A DNA stretch of 64,000 nt from Anaerolineae bacterium (GTDB lineage: Bacteria > Chloroflexota > Anaerolineae > Aggregatilineales > Phototrophicaceae), in the NCBI GenBank assembly GCA_022821805.1, contig JAJECX010000040.1:6929-70928 (forward strand), read 5' to 3'. Positions 1-8,056 of this stretch are shown piece by piece. Under the pieces are notes generated by a model that ran no database searches, was not told the DNA's origin, and saw nothing but the letters and a program-made list of their open reading frames with translations. Each line of letters starts with the position of its first letter. The stretch's first letter is position 1. The position numbers and the translations under genes were made by a program.

Positions 1-723
1 CGGCGAGAGTTTCTCCACCATAGCCGGCGCCTGCTGTCGATAATCAGTCGGGGTGACCCAGTCATAGCTGTAACCGATCATGACCGCTTTGCGCGTTCGG
101 TCGGTCAAGTTGGCGGCGCCCGCGTGCCAGGTGCGATTCTCGAAAAAGACGGCATCGCCCGGGTTCAGCAGCGGCTCGACCTTGCTGGCGGGATCTACCT
201 GACCCTCCGGTATGTCGATGGGTTCTTTGAGTTGATTGCTGCGAGCGGCCATCATGGTAACGCCGCTGTTGGGCTCGCTCAAGTCGGTCAAATAATAAGC
301 GACCTTCAGCGAGTGTCGGGGAATATGTTGATCGCCCAGGTCGCGCATCGACATATAGTGGTCGCGGTGCCAGCCGGGCAGACGCTCGGTATCGGGCGAC
401 CCCGGCGGATCTGGCGCGCGATAAATCAAATGGCTGGTCAATAGCGAGAGCCAGGGGCTGAGCAGCTGCGCGACGATCGAGAAGACCTTCGGATTGGTGA
501 TCAAAGGCAGGAAGGCTTCGTCCATCGAGACGCAGTTGCGAAAGCCGTCATATTTGCCGCCCGGCCGGCGCTGCCGGTTCAGTTGGCGGTCGGAGTCGAT
601 CAGCCGGTCGCCCGCTTCGATCAGCGACGAGACCGTCTCGCTGTCGATCGCGCCGCGCATGATCAAGTAACCTTCTTCATCAAACTGTCTCTTTTGCTCC
701 GGCGTGATCTTTACAAAATCCAC
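1..723 (-). CDS. PhyH (phytanoyl-CoA dioxygenase) family Fe(II)/2-oxoglutarate oxygenase; C-terminus runs off the left window edge
   Basis: Absent from the ORF track because there is no stop in the window. My minus-strand translation from GTG (723-721) reads VDFVKITPEQKRQFDEEGYLIMRGAIDS...LPGWHRDHYM...FFENRTWHAGAAN. AAGGAG lies on the complement of 731-736. HxD and a distal His are present. Confidence 0.8.
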   Translation of the reverse strand, partial: MDFVKITPEQKRQFDEEGYLIMRGAIDSETVSSLIEAGDRLIDSDRQLNRQRRPGGKYDGFRNCVSMDEAFLPLITNPKVFSIVAQLLSPWLSLLTSHLIYRAPDPPGSPDTERLPGWHRDHYMSMRDLGDQHIPRHSLKVAYYLTDLSEPNSGVTMMAARSNQLKEPIDIPEGQVDPASKVEPLLNPGDAVFFENRTWHAGAANLTDRTRKAVMIGYSYDWVTPTDYRQQAPAMVEKLSP

Positions 724-806
724 TGCTTATCTCCTTGGTTTCATCTTTTTCGACTTGGCGGGAGAGCGACAGACCCGCTGTGTCTACGCGCGGCAATGGC
801 TCGCCC

Positions 807-2597
807 CTACATTTTCGATGTGGCATAGAGCGCCGCTTGTTCAGCGTCCGTTCGCTTGCTGACTTCACTATAGATTCTATCCAAGAGTTGACCGCGCGCG
901 CCGGCGAATGTCACCAGATTTGGCGTGTTCGCCCAGGTCGTCCAATTGCTGCGGTCTTCATCCGAGACCGGCTCGTCTAGATTCGCTTGATAGCTATCGC
1001 CCAGGAAGCCGCGCAGGGCGAAGAATTGCAGGGCGTTGTAATGGTCATCGCCGGGCGCGGCGTCTTCGTAATAGCTGAGTACAGCGCCGGCGGACAGCAG
1101 ACGCCGCTGCAACTCGACCACATTGACGCAGCGCACGGAGCTTCCCGCGTCGAGGCTGACATTGATGGCGACGCCGGCTGCCTCGCCCAGCGCCATCCAG
1201 CAGGGCTCCATGCGCAAGGTGCTGAAGCCGATATGCGTGCCCGAAGCCGGCACGGGAATCAGCAGATTCTCGATTTCCAGCGGCAGGATGACGCCGTAAG
1301 GGACGCAATAGGGCTTGGTGGGGTAGGTGAAAATACCTTCGGTATGCGGTCGTCCGGGCTCGCGTTTGTGGCAGGCGTGCGAATCCAGCGCATAGTGACT
1401 TGCCGTGATGCTGGTCATGTGCTCGCGCGAACCCCGTTTGGAAAGCGCGTCATGGGCGGTGAAAAGATAATCACCGCGGATGCGCCGTCCCTCGCGCACG
1501 TAGATTTGGCGCGGGAAATTGCCGTTTTCTTGAAATTCGTCGCTCGCCAGCGCCCAGCGATTGCAGCGCTCGCGGAAATCGGCCGGCAACTCAGGATCGT
1601 TCTGCGCGAAATAGAAGAGACCGAGGATGTAGTCACGCAGCCGCTGGGCGAAGCGATCGCGCCAATCCCAGCTTGCGGTGGGGTAGGGCCAGTTCTCCTC
1701 CGGCAAATCGGTGGAAATGAAGGCGGCGTGCTGATTGTTGCCGTCGACTTTCCCGTTGGGCACGCGCGCCATATTGGTGATGGCGCCAATGCCATCGAAT
1801 TCCATCGGCTTCGGCGGACCGGCGAAGCGATTGAGCCGCACGTCGTCAATCAGCGACAGGTACTCATCGCGATTGTAAGTCGGCGGCTTTTCGATGCGGG
1901 TCATATTGTGCTCGACCGTCGTCAGAGGCAGGCGGTAGTTGTATGACTGAATCGCGTTGTCGGCTTGGCCCGTCGAGTAATATTCGTCAACCGGCGCCCC
2001 CCAGCGCTGGTAAAACTTGCCAGCGCAAGGCTCGCCATATTCGTCTTTGCCCTCCCGCCCCAGCATATAGGGAGCGCCCGCCGCCGCCGCCAGGTCGCCT
2101 TCGTAGGTGGCGTCGACGAAGACCGACGCGCGGTAGAATTCTTCCGCGCCGCTTTCGCGATTGACGATCTTGATCTCGCGCAAGATGGCGCCATCCTTGC
2201 TCGCATTGCTCGGCTCGTGGTTGAATTGCCGCATCGTGCGAACTTCGAGCAAGTCGCCTTGTTCGGCGATCATTTGATGCAGGATCATCTCAGCCACATG
2301 CGGCTCGAAGCGGTAGCCGTCGCTGCAATCTACTGCCTGCTCCGAATCGGCGCCATAGGTTTCGCTGTAGCGCTTTTTGATGCGCCCGACAAATTCCAGA
2401 AACAAGCCTCCGGTAGCGCCGCGGGTGTGGATGTCGGTCGCGCCGAGACCATTGGCCGGCAAGCCGCCGATATAACCGGTCCGCTCCAGGACGACCGCGC
2501 GGCGACCGGCTTTGGCGACGGCGATGCCGGTCATGATGCCCGCTGGCGTGCCGCCGACGATGACGGCGTCGAATTCGAATAATGGGGGAGTTGTCAT
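807..2597 (-). CDS. FAD-dependent oxidoreductase (FAD_oxidored-type, about 596 aa)
   Basis: Track ORF 807..2639. I trimmed it to MTTPPLFEFDAVIVGGTPAGIMTGIAVAKAGRRAVVLERTGYIGG (dinucleotide-binding GxGxxG), with AGGA 9 nt upstream of the ATG at 2597. Confidence 0.8.
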   Translation of the reverse strand: MTTPPLFEFDAVIVGGTPAGIMTGIAVAKAGRRAVVLERTGYIGGLPANGLGATDIHTRGATGGLFLEFVGRIKKRYSETYGADSEQAVDCSDGYRFEPHVAEMILHQMIAEQGDLLEVRTMRQFNHEPSNASKDGAILREIKIVNRESGAEEFYRASVFVDATYEGDLAAAAGAPYMLGREGKDEYGEPCAGKFYQRWGAPVDEYYSTGQADNAIQSYNYRLPLTTVEHNMTRIEKPPTYNRDEYLSLIDDVRLNRFAGPPKPMEFDGIGAITNMARVPNGKVDGNNQHAAFISTDLPEENWPYPTASWDWRDRFAQRLRDYILGLFYFAQNDPELPADFRERCNRWALASDEFQENGNFPRQIYVREGRRIRGDYLFTAHDALSKRGSREHMTSITASHYALDSHACHKREPGRPHTEGIFTYPTKPYCVPYGVILPLEIENLLIPVPASGTHIGFSTLRMEPCWMALGEAAGVAINVSLDAGSSVRCVNVVELQRRLLSAGAVLSYYEDAAPGDDHYNALQFFALRGFLGDSYQANLDEPVSDEDRSNWTTWANTPNLVTFAGARGQLLDRIYSEVSKRTDAEQAALYATSKM

Positions 2598-2702
2598 TTG
2601 GGTATCCTGAGAATTGTGTTTATACGACGGGCGACCCAATGAGTTGCGCAGACACTAACTGCCGGCCGCCCCTACATTTTGCGGTTTGGAGAACGCTGTA
2701 AT

Positions 2703-3038
2703 TTATTCCTTCAGCGCTAGTGATACCAGCACCTTTACGCCGTCGTTCGACGCGATGCCGTGAATGCGCAAGAAACCGCCAAAATGCCGGACCTTGCAGA
2801 AGGTGACTTCGTCCCTGCTCTTGGGCAAGTCGAAAGACGATCCCTCGTCGACCCAGTGGATGCCGTCGGCGGAGATTTGCACGTGGGCTGTCCCGGCGAA
2901 GTCGCGCGAAACCTCCAGCGCGCGGACGAAGAATATCGCCTCGCTCGCCCAGGCGGATTCGTATGGCTCGCTGGCGAACTCGCCCTGCCAGAGGACATTG
3001 CGCTCGACGATCGCGGTATAACTGCGGCGCAGGCTCAT
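2703..3038 (-). CDS. hypothetical protein, 111 aa, no family recognised
   Basis: Track ORF 2703..3134, trimmed to MSLRRSYTAIVERNVLWQGEF... The start lies 2 nt after the stop of the upstream gene (3041). Same strand and tight spacing suggest an operon. Confidence 0.5.
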   Translation of the reverse strand: MSLRRSYTAIVERNVLWQGEFASEPYESAWASEAIFFVRALEVSRDFAGTAHVQISADGIHWVDEGSSFDLPKSRDEVTFCKVRHFGGFLRIHGIASNDGVKVLVSLALKE

Positions 3039-3040
3039 GG

Positions 3041-3895
3041 TTAAAACTCTCCCGATAGCAGCACGGAATCGAGATAGAGGAAGGCGCGTTTGTCGCGATT
3101 GCTTTCCACCCAAAAGGCGGTATTGAGCATGCAATTCAGATTGGGCATGGCTGGTATCGAGATGAATTTGAGCGGGTCGCCCTCATAAATGAGATCATTG
3201 CATTGGAAGCCGAGAAAGCGGCGCTCAGCCAGATCGACATTGAGACGAAGATAATGCCAGTTCATCTTGGTGGCGATTTCGTTGTAGGCGAGCGTTTGCG
3301 CGGGCGCGTCCACGTTTTCCCAGTTTTCCGGACCCAGATGGAAGTGCGAGACCGTTTCGCCGGAGTCGCCGATTTTCTGAAACTCGCGCGTTGCGCCCTT
3401 CATCTGCCAGCGGTTGATCATCTCGTCTCCCTGCGCGTTGAGGTATCGCAGGTGCGGCATCCAGCGATATTCCGGATTCATGCCGTCTTGCAGGTCGAAG
3501 AGCACGCCAAAAGCGCGCACGTCATTCAGCGACAGGCGCAGTTCGTTCGCTTCCGGCTTGAAGGTGAAATAGCACTCAAGCTGGATATGGCCGCGGCGGC
3601 GGAATGTCAGCCGTTTGATGCTGGTCGCCAGCGAGCCTGCGCGCGCCCGGCTCGCCAGTTTCAGCGCGTAGTCGCCTTCCATGGAGCCGGCTGCGCCTGT
3701 GTCCCACATGGTCAAATTGCTCAGCATAGGCGGCCGCATATCGCTGTATTCGGCCAGCATAGAATCCAGCGTATGTTCGTAATTGCCGATCAATTCGGAC
3801 CAGCCGCGGATGCCCTCGTCGAAGTCATCGTAGAAGATGATTCGTTCGAGCGGGTCGAAGCGGCTTAGGCGCGGATCGGCTCTGTGAGCGCTCAT
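3041..3895 (-). CDS. hypothetical protein, 284 aa, no family recognised
   Basis: Track ORF with balanced, non-repetitive amino-acid composition, unlike the R/A/G/P-rich antisense ORF at 3203..3868. No signal peptide or TM segment is visible. Confidence 0.6.
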   Translation of the reverse strand: MSAHRADPRLSRFDPLERIIFYDDFDEGIRGWSELIGNYEHTLDSMLAEYSDMRPPMLSNLTMWDTGAAGSMEGDYALKLASRARAGSLATSIKRLTFRRRGHIQLECYFTFKPEANELRLSLNDVRAFGVLFDLQDGMNPEYRWMPHLRYLNAQGDEMINRWQMKGATREFQKIGDSGETVSHFHLGPENWENVDAPAQTLAYNEIATKMNWHYLRLNVDLAERRFLGFQCNDLIYEGDPLKFISIPAMPNLNCMLNTAFWVESNRDKRAFLYLDSVLLSGEF

Positions 3896-3946
3896 GCAGT
3901 TCCGCTTGCTCCCATAATGCTTCTCTGTGCGCTTAACATGAATCGT

Positions 3947-4228
3947 CTACGCCTCCAACAATGACGGCAGCACATACCACTCTTCTTCGCCGGGAGAATC
4001 GTATTTCATCCAATCTGTGTCCGGCGATGTCAGGATGTCCACCAGCAAGTTGAGAAGGCCGCTGCCCCGGCTTATGTCCGCAATATCCACAGTATTGGCG
4101 CCATTGATATCGTCCATATGCTTGAGGTCCGCTCGAATCCAGACTTGACGACCGCCGTCGTGGCTAAACCGTTTCAGTTTCACCGCGTTGGCGTATTTTA
4201 GGATATTCAGGACGCCTGGGTTCTCCAT
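3947..4228 (-). CDS. hypothetical small protein, 93 aa
   Basis: Track ORF 3947..4234, with ATG at 4228 (MENPGVLNILKY...). First gene of the minus-strand operon. Composition looks coding. Confidence 0.4.
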   Translation of the reverse strand: MENPGVLNILKYANAVKLKRFSHDGGRQVWIRADLKHMDDINGANTVDIADISRGSGLLNLLVDILTSPDTDWMKYDSPGEEEWYVLPSLLEA

Positions 4229-4267
4229 CCGCAACCGCCTAGTTCAGCGCGCCGTTACCGGGTTGTT

Positions 4268-4296
4268 TTGACAACTTGCTCAAAATGCGGTAAATT
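4268..4296 (+). promoter_or_regulatory. candidate sigma70-like promoter for the ABC operon starting at 4448
   Basis: TTGACA (4268-4273), 17-nt spacer, TAAATT (4291-4296), inside an AT-richer 213-bp divergent intergenic region. Confidence 0.35.
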
Positions 4297-4447
4297 AACT
4301 ACGGCAATTTGATGATGATGCCATAAAGGCTGACCCTAGTATAACCAGCTTATGGCAAACTGCCAATAAACTGCGTTGCGATATAATTGGGTAGTAATGG
4401 CTGAAACGCCAATCGATTCGTTAATTGTATTTCGATAGGAGAAAACC

Positions 4448-5821
4448 ATGAAAGTCTCACGTTTATTTGGCTTGGCAATCGCCGTGATGATGCTCTTGTC
4501 GCTCGGCTTGGCGCCGACACTCGCCGCGGACTGCGAAGGCGAAGTAATTGAACTTGAGTTTATGAATTGGTGGGGCGCCGCCCGCGAAGCGCTGATGGAT
4601 ACGCTTATCGGCCACTTCCAGGAGGAGAACCCCTGCATCCGCATCATCAACCAGGTCCAGCCTTGGGATAACCGCGCTGAACTGCTCGCTACGGCGGCTG
4701 CCAGCAGCAATCCGCCGGGCATCATCATGTCCACGCGGCCCGAGACTTATCAGTTCGCCATCAACGGACTGATCATCCCGATCGACTCTTTCGTTGAGGC
4801 GCACGGCACCGATCTCAGCGTCTTTTATGACGGCGAGATTGGTCTGCAATATTGGAACGGCGAACTTTACGGCTTGCCGATGCCGACTGCCGGCGGTCTG
4901 ACAAGCTTGTACATTTACAACAAAGACATGTTGCGCGATGCCGGCTATGATCCCGAAGCGCCGCCGAAAACCTGGCAAGAGTTGGAAGAGATGTCCGCGG
5001 CGATTACCGTTGCCGATCCGATGGGCGTTGATGTCATGGGCACTCAAGTAATCGGCGGCGATGCGGCATTTGTCTCCTGGCTGTATACGAACAATGGCAG
5101 GTATTCCTCGGATGATGGCCGCACCTTGCTCTTCAACAGCCCGGAAGGCATAGAAACGCTTGAGTGGATGGTCAACTTCACCAACAACATAAACGGCGGC
5201 GTGGAAAACGTGACCGACTTCTTCCAGGATACCGCCTTCGCCCAAGGCGATCATCCTTGGTACGAGGATCAAATTGCGTTCCTCCGTATCAACACGTCCT
5301 TCTACGGCCACTATAACGTGAACGATCCCGAGGGGTATGCCGATTCGAGCCATTGGGGCACGATGCTGCGGCCCTACAACGGAGACAATCCAGACGCTAC
5401 GCATGCTGGCACGACCGGATACAACTACAGCGGCGCCTGGGCTTACACGATTCCAGCGGTGCATCCACCTGAGAAGCAGGAAGCTGCCTTCAAATTCGCC
5501 GAGTTCATCGGTGTCCATCCCTTGGGCGGCTGCGCTTTCCTCTTCGCGCAAAGCCGACCCTCGCCGGTTAAGGAATGCAACGAAAATCCGGCCTACTATG
5601 AAGTCAACCCCACGTGGTCGGTGGTGCTTGAAGGCTTGGCGACCGATGTGGCCGTATCGATCACACCGGTTCAAGGCCAGCTGTCTGAACTCCTTGCCAA
5701 CGCTGTCGAGGAAGCTCTGTTCGGTGTGAAGTCTCCGGCGGACGCGCTGAATGATGCCCACGCCGAAATGCAAGCGCTACTGGATGAATTCTGGGCGGAA
5801 TTTGACGCCGCGAATATGTAG
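4448..5821 (+). CDS. ABC transporter substrate-binding protein (family 1, sugar type), secreted
   Basis: N-terminal signal MKVSRLFGLAIAVMMLLSLGLAPTLAADC. Followed by two MalF/MalG-type permease genes. GGAG lies upstream. Confidence 0.85.
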   Translation: MKVSRLFGLAIAVMMLLSLGLAPTLAADCEGEVIELEFMNWWGAAREALMDTLIGHFQEENPCIRIINQVQPWDNRAELLATAAASSNPPGIIMSTRPETYQFAINGLIIPIDSFVEAHGTDLSVFYDGEIGLQYWNGELYGLPMPTAGGLTSLYIYNKDMLRDAGYDPEAPPKTWQELEEMSAAITVADPMGVDVMGTQVIGGDAAFVSWLYTNNGRYSSDDGRTLLFNSPEGIETLEWMVNFTNNINGGVENVTDFFQDTAFAQGDHPWYEDQIAFLRINTSFYGHYNVNDPEGYADSSHWGTMLRPYNGDNPDATHAGTTGYNYSGAWAYTIPAVHPPEKQEAAFKFAEFIGVHPLGGCAFLFAQSRPSPVKECNENPAYYEVNPTWSVVLEGLATDVAVSITPVQGQLSELLANAVEEALFGVKSPADALNDAHAEMQALLDEFWAEFDAANM

Positions 5822-5987
5822 CTACCCCCTAAATCCCTCCCCGGCGGGTCAGTGTCTACGCGACCCCATAAAGAGGGAGGGACTTTGGACAAGACTGGGT
5901 GATTTCACAAGTTGATCGTCTCCTCTGATCGCCCCTTCCCTCCCTGTGGGGGAAGGGGCCGGGGGATGGGGGGAACGGAATACAATC
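5822..5987. repeat. composite G/C-rich hairpin (REP-like) element between the binding-protein and permease genes
   Basis: ccctccc (5835-5841) pairs with gggaggg (5875-5881). ccccttcc (5932-5939) pairs with ggaagggg (5951-5958). Shares the blocks gtgtctacgcgacc and cccttccctcc.tgtggggg.aaggggccgggggatgggggga with 41119-41290. Confidence 0.6.
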
Positions 5988-6959
5988 GTGCAAGCATCTA
6001 TCAAGCGACGGCAAACCCAAAGCGAAACCACCTGGAAGGTGCGGCTGCAAGAGTGGTGGTTCCGCAACCGCGCCTTGATCGGGTTCGTCTTCATCTTCCC
6101 CTGGTTTGCCGGCTTCATCATCTTTGACGCGGCGCCCTTCGTCTACAACTTGTACCTGAGCTTCACCGATTATCAGATCGGCACCGTCGGCACGCCGCCT
6201 TGGATCGGTCTGGACAACTACACCAAGATCTTCTCCGAAGACAAATTGTTCGGCAAGAGCATGTACAACACGGTCTACTACCTCGGCTTCAGTGTGCCGC
6301 TGCGCCTGATTTTCGCCTTCTTGATCGCGCTAATCCTTAACTTGCGCGTGCGCGGGATGGAGTTGTATCGTACGCTGTTCTACGTGCCGTCGGTGGTGCC
6401 TTTGGTGGCGGCGACGGTGATATTCGCCGGCTTTCTTAACACGCGCTACGGCTTCCTCAATCAGTTCCTGGTCTTGATTGGCGCTACGCCGGTGCGCTGG
6501 CTGTCGTCGCCGGATGCGATCAAACCGTCGCTGATTCTGCTCAGCCTCTGGGGTTTCGGCGGGCAGATGATCATCTTCCTGGCGGGCTTGCAGAGCATTC
6601 CGGAAGATCTGTACGAGGCGGCTGCGATAGACGGCGGCACCGGCTGGCATCGCCTTATCTATATCACCGTGCCGCTGATGACGCCGACGATATTTTTTAA
6701 TCTGCTATTGGGCTTGATCGGCGGCTTCCAGATCTTTGAACAAGTCTTCATTCTCATCGGGACCAATGGGGGACCCTTGCAAGCGGGACTTGTCTACATG
6801 CTACATGTTTACAACAAGGCTTTTCGAGATTTTGAATTCGGTTATTCGGCCGCGCTGTCGGTGATTCTGTTTCTGATCATCTTTGTGTTGACTATATTGC
6901 TCGTCTACACCTCGAATCGCTGGGTGTTTTACGGGGATGCGCAAGATGATGAGTCTTAG
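5988..6959 (+). CDS. ABC transporter permease (MalF-like)
   Basis: Track ORF 5946..6959. The first 14 codons translate the repeat element (MGEGAGGWG), so I prefer the GTG at 5988. Multi-TM, binding-protein-dependent transport signature region; start uncertain. Confidence 0.8.
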   Translation: MQASIKRRQTQSETTWKVRLQEWWFRNRALIGFVFIFPWFAGFIIFDAAPFVYNLYLSFTDYQIGTVGTPPWIGLDNYTKIFSEDKLFGKSMYNTVYYLGFSVPLRLIFAFLIALILNLRVRGMELYRTLFYVPSVVPLVAATVIFAGFLNTRYGFLNQFLVLIGATPVRWLSSPDAIKPSLILLSLWGFGGQMIIFLAGLQSIPEDLYEAAAIDGGTGWHRLIYITVPLMTPTIFFNLLLGLIGGFQIFEQVFILIGTNGGPLQAGLVYMLHVYNKAFRDFEFGYSAALSVILFLIIFVLTILLVYTSNRWVFYGDAQDDES

Positions 6960-6981
6960 CGTTCGAAACTAGGTTGCAGGC

Positions 6982-7836
6982 ATGATTGAAGATCCCAGAA
7001 CCAAAATGGTTCGCTACATTGTCATCTATGCGATCCTGACCGCTGGCGCGATTGTGATGATGGTGCCGCTGTTTTGGACGATGTCCACGTCGCTGAAAAC
7101 GCGCGACAAAATCACTATACGCCGGCTTGAACTGATCCCGGATCCGATCGCCTGGGAGAATTACCCGTATATATTTGAGGCGCGTCCGATCATAAGATAT
7201 ACGCGCAATACCATGGTTATTGTGGTGGCGTCACTGTTTGGCGCCTGGGTGCCCTGTACGCTGGCTGGTTACGCCTTCGCGCGCATCCCGTTCCCCGGGC
7301 GGAATATATTTTTTGGTATCTTGCTGGCGACGATGATGCTGCCCTATGTGGTGCGATTAATTCCCCTATTCTTGTTTTTCGATGAGATCGGCTGGACGCG
7401 CACTTTTGGTCCGCTGATCTTGCCGCGCGTGCTCGGGCACAATGCCTTCTACATCTTCTTATACCGCCAATTCTTCCGCGGCATACCGGAAGATATCTAC
7501 GACTCCGCGCGCATTGACGGCTGCTCCGAATTCGGCGTCTGGTGGCGGATCTTTATGCCGATGTCGCGTCCGGTGCTTGCGGCTGTTTCCATCTTCGCGT
7601 TTTCCTTCGCCTGGAACGACTTCCTCAATCCGCTGATTTACCTGGGCTCGAACAAGGATCTGTGGACCTTGGCGCTGGGCTTAAACGCCTTGCAAGGCTT
7701 CGAAGGCGATGACAACAGCCTCAATCTTATTATGGTCTTCTCGATGCTGATGATCATCCCGATGCTGATCGTCTTCTACTTCGGGCAGAAGCACTTGATC
7801 AGCGGCGTGACCGCGCAGGGCAGCCTCAAGGGATAA
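6982..7836 (+). CDS. ABC transporter permease (MalG-like)
   Basis: Track ORF. Multi-TM, with the EAA-type loop DSARIDGCSEFGVWWRIFMP. Confidence 0.85.
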   Translation: MIEDPRTKMVRYIVIYAILTAGAIVMMVPLFWTMSTSLKTRDKITIRRLELIPDPIAWENYPYIFEARPIIRYTRNTMVIVVASLFGAWVPCTLAGYAFARIPFPGRNIFFGILLATMMLPYVVRLIPLFLFFDEIGWTRTFGPLILPRVLGHNAFYIFLYRQFFRGIPEDIYDSARIDGCSEFGVWWRIFMPMSRPVLAAVSIFAFSFAWNDFLNPLIYLGSNKDLWTLALGLNALQGFEGDDNSLNLIMVFSMLMIIPMLIVFYFGQKHLISGVTAQGSLKG

Positions 7837-7876
7837 AGAGAAAAGAGACCGCGCCAACTCTGCTTTTGCGCTTAGG

Positions 7877-7962
7877 AGGGCGACCTGATAGGTCGTCCCT
7901 GTTAATGTTGCGGGCAGCGGACCCCCACCCCCCAGCCCCCTCCCCCATAAAGAGGGAGGGGG
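7877..7962. repeat. two G/C-rich hairpins (REP-like)
   Basis: agggcgacc / ggtcgtccct (7877-7900). Perfect 9-bp stem ccccctccc (7936-7944) / gggaggggg (7954-7962) with loop ccataaaga. Confidence 0.55.
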
Positions 7963-8056
7963 AGCAAAACGCGATGGGGCGCAAGGAATTTTGGGTGGGC
8001 GGCGGCATTGTCTCGCAAGTGTCTACAGTTTTCGCCTTACATGAAACGAGCAACTT

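Noticed and set aside
4323-4375. Inverted repeat gccataa...ttatggc and the near-palindrome ttatggcaaactgccaataa in the leader of the ABC operon, as an operator or riboswitch.
   Set aside because: The arms are short and imperfect, no cognate regulator gene is adjacent, and there is no resemblance to a known riboswitch class that I can verify by eye.
4463-5773. Long antisense ORFs opposite recognised genes: 987..1946, 4463..5773, 12507..13259, 18066..19274, 22370..23758, 25633..26622, 45073..46155, 48466..49833, 50438..51259.
   Set aside because: High-G+C DNA gives long open frames on the non-coding strand. Their translations are R/A/G/P-rich and low-complexity with no family motifs, whereas the opposite strand encodes clearly recognisable families.
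5849-6127. Small ORFs translating the G/C hairpin repeats: 5849..6121, 5856..6050, 5912..6127, 7826..8053, 7866..8060, 13561..13806, 41052..41261, 41252..41806.
   Set aside because: They consist of repeat-derived peptides (e.g. SPSLFMGEGAGGWG, PPAPSP) occurring in both orientations. They are better explained as non-coding REP-like elements.
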